This document shows, in pieces, positions 53,813-63,045 of a stretch of 64,000 bases of DNA. Source of the DNA: Candidatus Omnitrophota bacterium (GTDB lineage Bacteria > Omnitrophota > Gorgyraeia > Duberdicusellales > 4484-171); assembly GCA_003154195.1 (NCBI GenBank), contig PMCS01000018.1, positions 44,773 through 108,772 on the forward strand. The letters run 5' to 3'. Below the pieces are notes generated by a model, which worked only from the letters and a program-made list of their open reading frames with translations, had not been told where the DNA came from and did not search any database. How positions within the stretch are numbered: the stretch's first letter is position 1; each line of letters begins with the position of its first letter. The position numbers and the translations under genes are program-made.

Positions 53813-54036
53813 CATTTTTTTGCTCCGCAAAAAAATCTGTTCATCCGCTTCGCCCCGATACGCCTGAATATCGCGAAAATCTCTTTCAGACATTTTCGCG
53901 AAGCTTTCGGGACTCCGCTTATGCTTCGCGGATGAAAAGGCAGCCTATTTTGCTGGGGGATACCGGCGATATCAATATCGGTTATCGATAGAATAGGGCC
54001 TTTATCCCGTTAGTACGGTTAGTGAGGCGATTTATG

Positions 54037-56157
54037 TTAGTTAGACGGCGATTGCGCCGGCGTGTTACTTTCGTTGTTTTTTTCCGGCGTGGTTTCGGTT
54101 GTCGTCGGCGCATTGTCTATTGCAATCGGGGTTCCGGCTGCGGCGATCGGTGGCCCGGCTGTATCGGCAGACGTTCCGGCTTCCTCGGAAGGCGGCACTT
54201 TGGCTTCTGTGGAAGCCAAAGTGGGTAGATTCCGTGACGTGTAGCGGCAGGCGGGGAATTTACTGCACCCGTAAAACGCCTGGCCTCTTTTATTCCGGCG
54301 CTCGATGAGCATGCCTTCTTTGCACAGGGGGCATGCCGTATCGGTCAAGATGCTTTCCGCGTATTTGCATTTGGGAAAAGTGGAGCAGCTTAAAAACTTC
54401 CCCCGCCGCGACCATTTTATCACCATGGGGCTGTGGCATTGCGGGCATTCTTTATCATAGTAGACGACATCTTTTTTGGCGACTAACGCTACTTCATCCA
54501 CTTTAGCTTTAAAGGAAGGATAAAAATCTTCGATAATCTTTTGCCAGGTTATTTTGCCTTCCTCGACTTCGTCAAGCTTTTCTTCCATTGAGGCAGTAAA
54601 GTCTTCGTTCATAATCGTGGGAAAATGCTCAAAGATGAAATCGTTGACCTTCATGCCTAATTCTGTAGGCGTAAAGTATCCCTTTTCCCGGCGGATATAA
54701 TTTCGCCGTATCAAGGTCGAGAGGGTGGGCGCGTAGGTAGAAGGCCGGCCGATTCCTTTCTCTTCCATAATTTTTACCAGGGAGGCATCGTTAAAATGCG
54801 CCGGCGGCTTAGTTATGTGTTCGATAACTTCCATCCCCTCTACTCTAACAGTCTCATCTTTGCTCATAGATGGTAATGCGATTTCATTGTCTTCCCGGTC
54901 TAAGATTTTTAAAAATCCGTCAAAGATGAGCCGGCGTCCCGACGCTTCGAATTCCGCTGATTTAGAAGATAACGATACCTTTGTATTTTCATATACCGCT
55001 TCTTTCATGAAGGAGGCAAGAGTGCGCTTCCAGATTAATTCATAAAGTTTTAGCCCATCTTCGTCTAAATATTCTTGAATGTCGCCATATTTACGCTGGA
55101 TACTGGTCGGCCGGATAGCCTCATGGGCAAATTGAGCCCCCTTTTTTTCTTTATAGCGGTGTTCCTGAGCCGGCAAGTAATCATTCCCGTACTGGCTGAC
55201 GATGAAATCCTTGATTTCATGTTTTGCCTTGGGGCTGATATGGAAGGAATCGGTACGCATGTAGGTAATAAGTCCGGCTTGTGTTCCCCCGATATCGATA
55301 CCTTCATAGAGTTTTTGCGCGACCAACATTGTTTTCTGCGATGAAAAATGAAGGCTGTTAAAGCCGTCCTGCTGCAACAGCGACGTTATATAGGGCGAAG
55401 GCGGTTTTCGTCTGGTTTCTTTTTTTACGATATCGTTAACTCTGAAGCTTTCGGTTTTTATTTCTTCGATGCATTTTAGAGCTTCTTCCCGGGAGGCAAA
55501 AACTGCCTTATTCCCTTTATAATTCTGGAGTTCGGCTTCGAAAATATCCCCCCTTATGCTGAATTTTGCGTTTATCGAATAGGTTGTTTCCGGAATGAAA
55601 GCTTTTATTTCCCGTTCCCGGTCGACGATGAATTTTAACGCGACCGATTGGACTCTTCCCGCGGAAAGGCCCCTGACAATTTTCTTCCAGAGCAACGGCG
55701 AGAGAAAATAACCGACGATTCGATCGAGGACGCGCCGGGCAACCTGAGAATTTACCTTATTCATGTCGATTTGCGCCGGTTTCTTAAAAGCTTCACGCAG
55801 GGCGTCTTCGGTGATTTCATGAAATTCGACCCGGTAAAATGTTTTTTCTCCTTTTTCTTTGGATAGTTTTTGTTGTATGTGCCAGCCGATTGCCTCTCCT
55901 TCCCGGTCAGGGTCGGTAGCGATATAAATCGTCTTTAATTCATTCGCTTTTTTCTTCAATTGCGATATTATTTTTTCCTTACCCTTGATTACGTGATAGT
56001 CGGGGGCAAAGCCGTTTTCTACGTCAATCGAGAGTTTAGCTACGGGTAGATCGATGAGGTGGCCCATAGAAGGGATAACATCATAGTCTGGGCCTAATAT
56101 CGCGTGGATAGTTTTGGCCTTAGTCGGTGATTCGACGATTACTAAATATTTACTCAT
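54037..56157 (-). CDS. topA: DNA topoisomerase I
   Basis: Toprim (VIVESPTKAKTI), catalytic Tyr region, three C4 zinc ribbons (CPQCHS..C, CPLC..), low-complexity C-terminal tail. Confidence 0.9.
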   Translation of the reverse strand: MSKYLVIVESPTKAKTIHAILGPDYDVIPSMGHLIDLPVAKLSIDVENGFAPDYHVIKGKEKIISQLKKKANELKTIYIATDPDREGEAIGWHIQQKLSKEKGEKTFYRVEFHEITEDALREAFKKPAQIDMNKVNSQVARRVLDRIVGYFLSPLLWKKIVRGLSAGRVQSVALKFIVDREREIKAFIPETTYSINAKFSIRGDIFEAELQNYKGNKAVFASREEALKCIEEIKTESFRVNDIVKKETRRKPPSPYITSLLQQDGFNSLHFSSQKTMLVAQKLYEGIDIGGTQAGLITYMRTDSFHISPKAKHEIKDFIVSQYGNDYLPAQEHRYKEKKGAQFAHEAIRPTSIQRKYGDIQEYLDEDGLKLYELIWKRTLASFMKEAVYENTKVSLSSKSAEFEASGRRLIFDGFLKILDREDNEIALPSMSKDETVRVEGMEVIEHITKPPAHFNDASLVKIMEEKGIGRPSTYAPTLSTLIRRNYIRREKGYFTPTELGMKVNDFIFEHFPTIMNEDFTASMEEKLDEVEEGKITWQKIIEDFYPSFKAKVDEVALVAKKDVVYYDKECPQCHSPMVIKWSRRGKFLSCSTFPKCKYAESILTDTACPLCKEGMLIERRNKRGQAFYGCSKFPACRYTSRNLPTLASTEAKVPPSEEAGTSADTAGPPIAAAGTPIAIDNAPTTTETTPEKNNESNTPAQSPSN

Positions 56158-56284
56158 TCTCTTTTCTCATGCTCCCTTAATTGTAAATGCCGCTCTAATT
56201 TAAAACAAAAAATTTTTACTACAGAAGGCACGGAGAGGAAAATATTTAAGATAAATTTTTCAAACTGAATACGACAACAAAACC

Positions 56285-56500
56285 GTAAAGATTTTACCAC
56301 CAAGACACTAAAAATATTTTAAGATTTTATTTTTTCTTTAAAATTGTTTAAGATGATTTTCAGGAAACTTGTTGAAAACATACAACAAAACCAAAAGATT
56401 AACCACCAAGGCACCAAGAAATACTAAAATATAAATAACTATCTTTTTCTTTGTGCCTTTAGTGCCTTGGTGGTAAATTTTAGGTTTTTATCCATATTCT
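56285..56500. repeat. accaccaagRcac hairpin repeats, topA-dprA gap
   Basis: taccaccaagacactaaaa ... aaccaccaaggcaccaag ... ctttgtgcctttagtgccttggtggtaaattttagg. Confidence 0.55.
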
Positions 56501-56512
56501 GTAGTTTATATT

Positions 56513-57595
56513 TTATTCTCTGCCGACCGGCGTTTTGATAAAACGCGACGGCGCGGCTTCTTTTATTAATCCTTTCAACTGCAGGCCCAGAATGATCTTA
56601 TTTATCGTTGCCGGCGTTAGTTTAGTTTGACGCATGATCTCTTCGATATATGTCCCGCTGGAGCAAATTGTATCGAAAACTATTCTTTCATCCTTGTCGA
56701 TGTTTATTGTTTGCCCGCCATCTTCCTTTTTAAAATCAATATTAAGCTCTTCGATTATATCTTCTATGGAGTCGACTAATTTTGCCCCGTCTTTTATAAG
56801 GCTATGGCCGCCCTTGCTTAACGGCGAATCGGCGTTACCGGGAAGAGCGAAAACCTCCCGGTTTTGCTCCATGGCCAGGCGCGCGGTGATGAGCGCGCCG
56901 CTTTTGGCCGCTGCCTCCACGACTAAAACTCCATGCGACAGGCCGCTGACAATGCGGTTACGCCGGGGAAAATTTTCCTTTAACGGCGGCGTACCCAGGG
57001 GGAATTCGCTGATTAAGGCTCCCTGAGAGCATATTTGTCCGGCTAAGCGGATATTCTCTCGCGGATATATATTCAGTAATCCGCTGCCTAAAACCGCGAC
57101 GGTTTCACCGTTACGCAAAGCCGCTTTGTGGGCCGCGGTGTCAATCCCCCGCGCCAATCCCGAAACAACCGTAATGCCTAACGATGCTAATTTATAGGAG
57201 AATTCCTCGGCCATGGAAATCCCGTATAGCGTAGGAAGCCGCGTGCCGACGACCGCAAATAAAAATTTATTTAACGCCGCAATATTGCCTTTTACGTATA
57301 AAACAAGCGGCGGCCGGCTTATTTCTTTCAGGATGTTGGGATAATCCACGTCAAAAATATCAATAACGTTAATTTTTTCTTTTTCAATGAGCTTTAATTC
57401 TTTTTCCAGAGAACCGGAATCCCGTACCTGCAGGATTTTTTCGATATCTTTTTCATCGAGAGAGGCGATTGATTTGAATTCCGGCCCCTGGGCTTGGAGT
57501 ATTTTATCGGTATCGTCAAAAAACTTTATTATGTCTTCAGTTTTTTGAGGTGCTAAATCAACGAGATTTAAAAGTATCGAACCGGTCTTAGCCAT
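56513..57595 (-). CDS. dprA: DNA processing protein DprA (Smf)
   Basis: Rossmann-like DprA domain (VVSGLARGIDTAAH...); C-terminal winged-helix. Confidence 0.85.
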   Translation of the reverse strand: MAKTGSILLNLVDLAPQKTEDIIKFFDDTDKILQAQGPEFKSIASLDEKDIEKILQVRDSGSLEKELKLIEKEKINVIDIFDVDYPNILKEISRPPLVLYVKGNIAALNKFLFAVVGTRLPTLYGISMAEEFSYKLASLGITVVSGLARGIDTAAHKAALRNGETVAVLGSGLLNIYPRENIRLAGQICSQGALISEFPLGTPPLKENFPRRNRIVSGLSHGVLVVEAAAKSGALITARLAMEQNREVFALPGNADSPLSKGGHSLIKDGAKLVDSIEDIIEELNIDFKKEDGGQTINIDKDERIVFDTICSSGTYIEEIMRQTKLTPATINKIILGLQLKGLIKEAAPSRFIKTPVGRE

Positions 57596-58109
57596 TTTTA
57601 TTTTTTTCTCCGCAAAAAATAAAAATAATTTCGTTTGCGATTTTTTGCGGAGTTTTATTTTTTGTGTTTATAAAATAATGCGCTTTCCGGTAATAAGGTT
57701 TGCGGTATCTTAATAGTTGCTGTATCCGCTTCAACGGATTTGCGACATCAAGCAAGGGGCGTCTTTTTGTTTTTTTTATCCGTTCCCAGATAACCGATGC
57801 CGGAGCGGTAAGGTTAACGATTATTCCGGTATTGCGCATAATCTCGGCGTTTTCTTTATTGCAGATTACGCCGCCGCCGCAACTGATTACCAACTTGTTT
57901 TTCCGGGAAATTTTTTTGAGTAATTTATTTTCCAACTTACGGAAATAGGTTTCGCCTTTAGCCTTGAAAATATTTCTTATTGTCTGTTTTTCGTTTTTTT
58001 CGATTGTCCGGTCCATTTCGATAAACTCCCGGCGCATTTTTCGCGCAAGAAATTTACCCACGGTAGTCTTGCCCGTGCCCATGAAACCAACGAGATAGAT
58101 ATTGTTCAT
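57588..58109 (-). CDS. aroK: Shikimate kinase
   Basis: NIYLVGFMGTGKTTVGKFLA P-loop; SCGGG. Confidence 0.8.
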   Translation of the reverse strand: MNNIYLVGFMGTGKTTVGKFLARKMRREFIEMDRTIEKNEKQTIRNIFKAKGETYFRKLENKLLKKISRKNKLVISCGGGVICNKENAEIMRNTGIIVNLTAPASVIWERIKKTKRRPLLDVANPLKRIQQLLRYRKPYYRKAHYFINTKNKTPQKIANEIIFIFCGEKNKNG

Positions 58110-58124
58110 GAATTTTATATTTTG

Positions 58125-58270
58125 TCAAAATGCTGCCGTAGGGGCGAGGTAATAAAATTTGGTTTGCCGCAAAGCGGCAAAGCTTAATTTTATTACCTCG
58201 CCCTCTAATCTATGATTGATTTTGCAATTATTTTTTAGAGGGCCGGGCATGCCCGGCCCCTACAGGATTG
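58125..58270. repeat. gtaggggc...gcccctac palindrome, copy 3 (longer)
   Basis: gctgccgtaggggcgaggtaataaaatt...aattttattacctcgccctctaatc...agagggccgggcatgcccggcccctacagg. Confidence 0.55.
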
Positions 58271-58271
58271 T

Positions 58272-59438
58272 TTATTTTGTGTATTTTTTAATCAATTCCA
58301 ACGCGATGATGTTGCGCTGAATCTGGTTTGTCCCTTCATAAATCTGGGTGATTTTGGCGTCGCGCATAAATTTTTCTACCGGGTAATCGCGCGTGTAGCC
58401 GTAACCGCCAAAAATCTGCACGGCATCGGTGGTAACAGACATCGCCACATCCGAAGCATACATCTTGGCCATGGCGCTGGGGGCGGAAACATCTTTGCAC
58501 CCCCGGTCTACCATTCGCGCTACAGTGTAAATTAAACTGCGTGCCGTTTCGACCTTGGTGGCCATATCGGCAAGCATCCATTGTATTCCCTGGAATGAAC
58601 TTATGGGTTTACCAAATTGAACACGGGTATGAGCGTATTCGACCGCCGCTTCCATTGCCCCCTGAGCAATGCCTAAAGCCTGCGCGCCGACTCCCGGCCG
58701 GGAGTGATCAAAAGTTTTCATGGTAGCGATAAAACCAGCCCCTTCTTTACCGCCTAAAAGCTGGTCTTTATGCACTTTGCAGTCGGTGAAAATCAATTCG
58801 CGGGTGGAAGAAGCGCGAATCCCCAGCTTCGCCTCTTTTTTACCAAAACTGAATCCTTCCATCCCTTTTTCTAAAATAAACGCCGAGATACCGCGCGGGC
58901 CGCGGGCTTTATCGGTTACGGCAACCACGCTGTAGGTTTGCGCGTCGCCGCCATTGGTGATGAAGCACTTGGTACCGTTTAAGATATAGTAATCACCTTC
59001 TTTGCGGGCAATAGTTTTAATGCCGGAGGCATCCGAACCGGCTTCCGGTTCGGTCAAGGCGAACGCGGCCAGCTTATGGCCGCCGGCTAAATCCGGCAGG
59101 TATTTTTTCTTTTGCGCTGCGGTTCCGCCGATTAAAATCGGCAGGGTACCTAAAAATGACGCGGCATAAGCGGTCCCGACACCGCCGTCTACGCGGCAGA
59201 TTTCTTCGGTGGCGATGCATAGTTCCATAAGCCCTGAACCGGGCACACCGCCGTATTCTTCCGGGATGCACAGGCCGAATAAATCGGATTGGCCCAGGAT
59301 TTTCATAATTTCGGCGGGGAATTCTTCTTTTTCGTCGTATTCGCGCGACACTGGCTTGATCTTTTCTTCAGCGATTTTTCTCACCAGGTCTCTTAGCATC
59401 TGTTGCTCTTCGGTTAAATTATAATCGACCAGAAACAT
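58272..59438 (-). CDS. Acyl-CoA dehydrogenase (short/medium-chain type)
   Basis: Full ACAD fold; catalytic region [13 protein letters not shown]. Confidence 0.9.
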   Translation of the reverse strand: MFLVDYNLTEEQQMLRDLVRKIAEEKIKPVSREYDEKEEFPAEIMKILGQSDLFGLCIPEEYGGVPGSGLMELCIATEEICRVDGGVGTAYAASFLGTLPILIGGTAAQKKKYLPDLAGGHKLAAFALTEPEAGSDASGIKTIARKEGDYYILNGTKCFITNGGDAQTYSVVAVTDKARGPRGISAFILEKGMEGFSFGKKEAKLGIRASSTRELIFTDCKVHKDQLLGGKEGAGFIATMKTFDHSRPGVGAQALGIAQGAMEAAVEYAHTRVQFGKPISSFQGIQWMLADMATKVETARSLIYTVARMVDRGCKDVSAPSAMAKMYASDVAMSVTTDAVQIFGGYGYTRDYPVEKFMRDAKITQIYEGTNQIQRNIIALELIKKYTK

Positions 59439-59537
59439 TCGGTCCCTCCTTTTAATAGCGCCATAGCGTCAAAGTGTCAGAGCATCAGAGCGTCAGATCA
59501 GAGAAGAGTTTAATTTCGATGTTGCTTTGACACTGTT

Positions 59538-59999
59538 TTATTGTTTTGCAAAACGAAAAATAACCGCCTTTTCGTTACAATTGGGAAACGAGACGCAGTT
59601 GATGCAGTCGCTCCATATTTTATGGGGCAAATCTTTCTTGTCGACTTCCGTAAACCCCTGTTTTTTAAAGAATCCGTCTACAAAAGTAAGGGCAAATATA
59701 TTTTTTAAACCGAGCTGCTTTGCTTCTTCCAGGCACTGCCGGACTAATTTTACTCCGATGCCGCGCTTTTGATAATTTTTAGCCACCGCCAACGACTTGA
59801 CTTCGGCTAAATCTTCCCAGCCGATGATGTGCAGGGCGCAGCAGCCGCAGACCTTGCCTTTATCAGTATACACCCAGAAATCGCGGATATGTTCATAAAT
59901 ATAATTTAGCGAACGCTCCAGCAGCTTTCCCTTTTTTGCCCAAAAGGCAAGAAGGTCGTAAATTCCCTTAGCATCGTCGATTGCAGCTTTTCTCAGCAT
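59538..59999 (-). CDS. GNAT-family N-acetyltransferase
   Basis: CALHIIGWEDLAEVKSLAVAKNYQKRGIGVKLV acetyl-CoA motif. Start set at MLRKAAIDD. Confidence 0.65.
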   Translation of the reverse strand: MLRKAAIDDAKGIYDLLAFWAKKGKLLERSLNYIYEHIRDFWVYTDKGKVCGCCALHIIGWEDLAEVKSLAVAKNYQKRGIGVKLVRQCLEEAKQLGLKNIFALTFVDGFFKKQGFTEVDKKDLPHKIWSDCINCVSFPNCNEKAVIFRFAKQ

Positions 60000-60120
60000 A
60001 ATCAAAGAATTGTAATCCGATTTAACCCTAATGTCAACCCGAAAAACGTAAATTTTCAGAAAACAAAGGGCTGGATACATTATCCAGCCCTTATAAATAT
60101 CGACGTTTGCCTGGTTGTCG

Positions 60121-61401
60121 TTACTTTTTCTTTGTTTCTTTCTTCGGTTTAGGCACGACTTTTTTATTCAAAGGCGTTCTAGGGAGCTTGGCGAAATAAT
60201 CCTTCAACGCGTAATACGCCGTTTTTGGCAGGCGCTTGTCGATATAGAACGTGCCCCAGGACACTTCTTTTTCTTCGCTGCTTAAGGCTGCGATACCAAA
60301 CCACTCCTCGTTCATATTTAAGTTATCCTTGGCGCGGACGTCGTTAAAGTATGAGCCGTTGGACCACCCCGCTTCTTTGTTATGGATGTTCCAGTCCGGC
60401 TGGTAGCCTTCGTTATGTTTCCACCATTCGTCGGTCCACTCAAAAATAGTCCCGCCCAGGCAGTTGCCGTCTTTCTGGCCGCTGAAAGTAGAGCTGTTGT
60501 AGATTTCATTCCATTGCGATAGGAGGTATTTAGCTTGCGTATCCTGGTCTTCGATATTTTTGAAAGCGTCGTAAGAGTCGCAGCCAAATTCCGAAAGAAA
60601 CAGCGGTTTATCAAAAAACGATTTAACTTTCCGGAACAAGCCGGCGAAAGTTTTGCCGCGGTAAGCGATAATCCCCAGGGCGTCGATGTCCGGGCAATTT
60701 TTAGCGGCGATATTAAGGTAGTTTTCTTCGCCGTTACTCATAACCACCGGATGGATTTTGTCGATTTTTTTGATTTCCTTCACCAGTTCATTGATAAATT
60801 TATAATAAATTTCTGCTTTGGCCATTACCCTTTGCGCTTCTTCCAGATTTTCTATTTCCGGAGACGTCCAGAAGCCGATTTTTCCGGAAAAAGTATAGTT
60901 ATTTTCGTTACCGAGAATCCACATCAAAAGGCCTTTTTCATCTTTCAGGGCGGCGATAATTTTGAGTATCCTTTCTTTGGTTTGTTTTTGAAATTCCGGG
61001 TCGGCATAATTAGCGCCGGGATAGCTCCAGAGGCCTAACCAGTCGCTGGCCAAGGTGTAAATGCCGTATTTATCATGCATCTCTTTGATAAACTGTTTGA
61101 CTTTTTCCAGGTCGCTGTCCACGGAGTAGATCCGGACGCAGTTGATGCCTGCTTCTTTCATCAGTTTTCCGTCAACCAGCCAAGGCTTTTTTTCGTCGAG
61201 AAAAAAATCTTCGTCATATCCGGCGCCGATCGGCCGCGGGCTGTAAATCACGCCCTTCATCAAAAACGGTTTGTTTTTGACATAGAGAGTATAGCCGCCT
61301 TCTTTGGAAGTTTTGATGATTGCTTCCTCGGCGTAAGCTAGGCCGCTGATTATGCTTGTTCCTATTGTCAGAATAGCAAAAATTTGCCGGATACGTTTCA
61401 T
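60121..61401 (-). CDS. Secreted clan GH-A (TIM-barrel) glycoside hydrolase-like protein
   Basis: Signal peptide; LGNENN (acid/base) and LSEFGCD (nucleophile) sequons. Paralog of 63034-64000. Confidence 0.6.
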   Translation of the reverse strand: MKRIRQIFAILTIGTSIISGLAYAEEAIIKTSKEGGYTLYVKNKPFLMKGVIYSPRPIGAGYDEDFFLDEKKPWLVDGKLMKEAGINCVRIYSVDSDLEKVKQFIKEMHDKYGIYTLASDWLGLWSYPGANYADPEFQKQTKERILKIIAALKDEKGLLMWILGNENNYTFSGKIGFWTSPEIENLEEAQRVMAKAEIYYKFINELVKEIKKIDKIHPVVMSNGEENYLNIAAKNCPDIDALGIIAYRGKTFAGLFRKVKSFFDKPLFLSEFGCDSYDAFKNIEDQDTQAKYLLSQWNEIYNSSTFSGQKDGNCLGGTIFEWTDEWWKHNEGYQPDWNIHNKEAGWSNGSYFNDVRAKDNLNMNEEWFGIAALSSEEKEVSWGTFYIDKRLPKTAYYALKDYFAKLPRTPLNKKVVPKPKKETKKK

Positions 61402-61564
61402 ATATGACTCCTATTCGTTCTAAGATGTCAGCTTCTTTAATGTTTTTTAGGCCACTGATTGACACGGATAAAGCACAGATTTCAATAACGAAAAATGTTA
61501 TATTTTTAATCCGTGTTCAATCCGTGTCCATCTGTGGCTAAAAATCTGGAAAATTTGTTGTGTT

Positions 61565-61622
61565 TATTTTCTTAAATCCGCCGCAGGCGGATAGGCTATA
61601 AAAATATTGCGGCATACCGCAA
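61565..61622 (-). terminator. Tandem stem-loops downstream of 61628-62899
   Basis: aatccgccgcaggcggat and aaaatattgcggcataccgcaatatttt. Same two-hairpin architecture as at 36929-36984. Confidence 0.5.
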
Positions 61623-61627
61623 TATTT

Positions 61628-62899
61628 TTATTCGTACTTAATTTCGTCTAAATAGAATACTATACCATTTCCGCCATTAACGTCGGTGTTGGTTGCCCAG
61701 CAAAAACCGCCGATTATGTAAGAAAGGTCGCGGCCGGTCAGGTCGATTTCGTATTGTTTCCATTCGGTCGTTAAGGTAATCGGCCCGATGCTGTTGCTGT
61801 CGGAGTCGATATAGTCGCCGCTGGAGATGCCGCCGATTTTGAATTCGTTGATGACTTCCCCGCCCTTATCGCCTCTTACCCAGAAGGTAAGTTTTTTCGC
61901 GCCGGTTAAATTAAAACCCGTCTTAGGAACTGTCCCCCAGTTATTGGCCGGTTGCTGCCAGAAAATTCCTGCCCAGCCGGTTCCCGACTTATTTTCATAT
62001 TCGACGCGGATACAGGTTTGGCCGCTAAAGGGAAGGTTTTTCCATTTAGGGTCGAACTTTAAGTCTTTGGCCGCCGTCGCCGGCATCCAGCCGCTGGGGA
62101 TATAGTGGTTGTCCAGCGAACCGGCGTCGGAATAGACATAAAACGGGAAATTTATCTTCTTTTCCGTTTTCTTTAAATCTTTTTCATAAACGTAACCGAT
62201 ATTGTCGAGGTAAATGGTTTGTTCTCCGCCGGCCTGGTCGGCATTAAAAACGAGACACAATCCGCCGTTTACGTAAGAAAGGTCTTCTCCCGCCAGGTTA
62301 AGGGAAAACTCCTGCCACTCTTTGGTTAATTTATAGGGGCCGTTTTCTACGCTCAGGGAGTCAGCGTAAGGAAGCGGTTCGTTGGTCGTCTGGTTTTTAG
62401 TAATGCCCCCGATTTTGGCGATAGTAATGACTTCGCCGCCGTTTTTCCCGCGCGCCTTAAATGTAAGTTTATTAAAACCGCTTAAGTCATAACCGGTATT
62501 TTTTGTTCCCCAGTTATTTTGGGCCGATTGCCAGTAGATACCCGCCCAGCCCTGTCCGGCTGATTTTTTTGCGCTATAAACAATCTTAAGACAGGTAGCG
62601 CCGCTGGCCGGATTATCGGTGGACTGATCGCTAAATTGTAAATCGTTGACATCGCCCATCCAACCGCTGGGGATAAAATGATTTCCCGTAGCGCTTTTTT
62701 CGGTGAAAATATCAAACTTTTCGCCGGTTACTTTTTTCGCTTTTTTCTCCGGCAGCGCGGGGGGGGTAACGGGAGCCGCCGCGGGAGCGGCTTCTGCCGC
62801 TATATTTCCTGTTTGCGTGGTTGTGTTTACGGCTTGCGCGAAAGCCACAAAGCTGAATAGCCCCAATCCTAAAAGTGTTAACCCAAGAATCTTATGCAT
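61628..62899 (-). CDS. Secreted protein with two tandem ~170-aa beta-sandwich (CBM-like) domains
   Basis: Signal peptide. Internal duplication (HFIPSGWMGD...GWAGIYWQ...NNWGT...LTFKARGKNGGEV vs HYIPSGWMPA...GWAGIFWQ...NNWGT...LTFWVRGDKGGEV). Confidence 0.5.
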   Translation of the reverse strand: MHKILGLTLLGLGLFSFVAFAQAVNTTTQTGNIAAEAAPAAAPVTPPALPEKKAKKVTGEKFDIFTEKSATGNHFIPSGWMGDVNDLQFSDQSTDNPASGATCLKIVYSAKKSAGQGWAGIYWQSAQNNWGTKNTGYDLSGFNKLTFKARGKNGGEVITIAKIGGITKNQTTNEPLPYADSLSVENGPYKLTKEWQEFSLNLAGEDLSYVNGGLCLVFNADQAGGEQTIYLDNIGYVYEKDLKKTEKKINFPFYVYSDAGSLDNHYIPSGWMPATAAKDLKFDPKWKNLPFSGQTCIRVEYENKSGTGWAGIFWQQPANNWGTVPKTGFNLTGAKKLTFWVRGDKGGEVINEFKIGGISSGDYIDSDSNSIGPITLTTEWKQYEIDLTGRDLSYIIGGFCWATNTDVNGGNGIVFYLDEIKYE

Positions 62900-62924
62900 T
62901 GTTTCCGACCTCCTTCTTTTTAAG

Positions 62925-63045
62925 GATATCCAGGTATTGGGTAATTAGGATTTGGTGATTAGCCTATTGGGATATTAGGCGATATCCCCAATTTCCTAAT
63001 CTCCAAATCTCCAAATCCTGATACCCTGATGTCCTAATATCCCTC
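62925..63045. repeat. Imperfect palindrome built from gggatattagg/cctaat units
   Basis: ggtaattaggatttggtgattagcctattgggatattaggcgatatccccaatttcctaatctccaaatcc...cctaatatccc. Confidence 0.55.

Noticed and set aside
53813-53893. Longer N-terminus of the xerC/D ORF (start at 53893)
   Set aside because: The extension reads through the start-proximal palindrome. The recombinase length fits the 53812 start. The longer start is kept only as an alternative.
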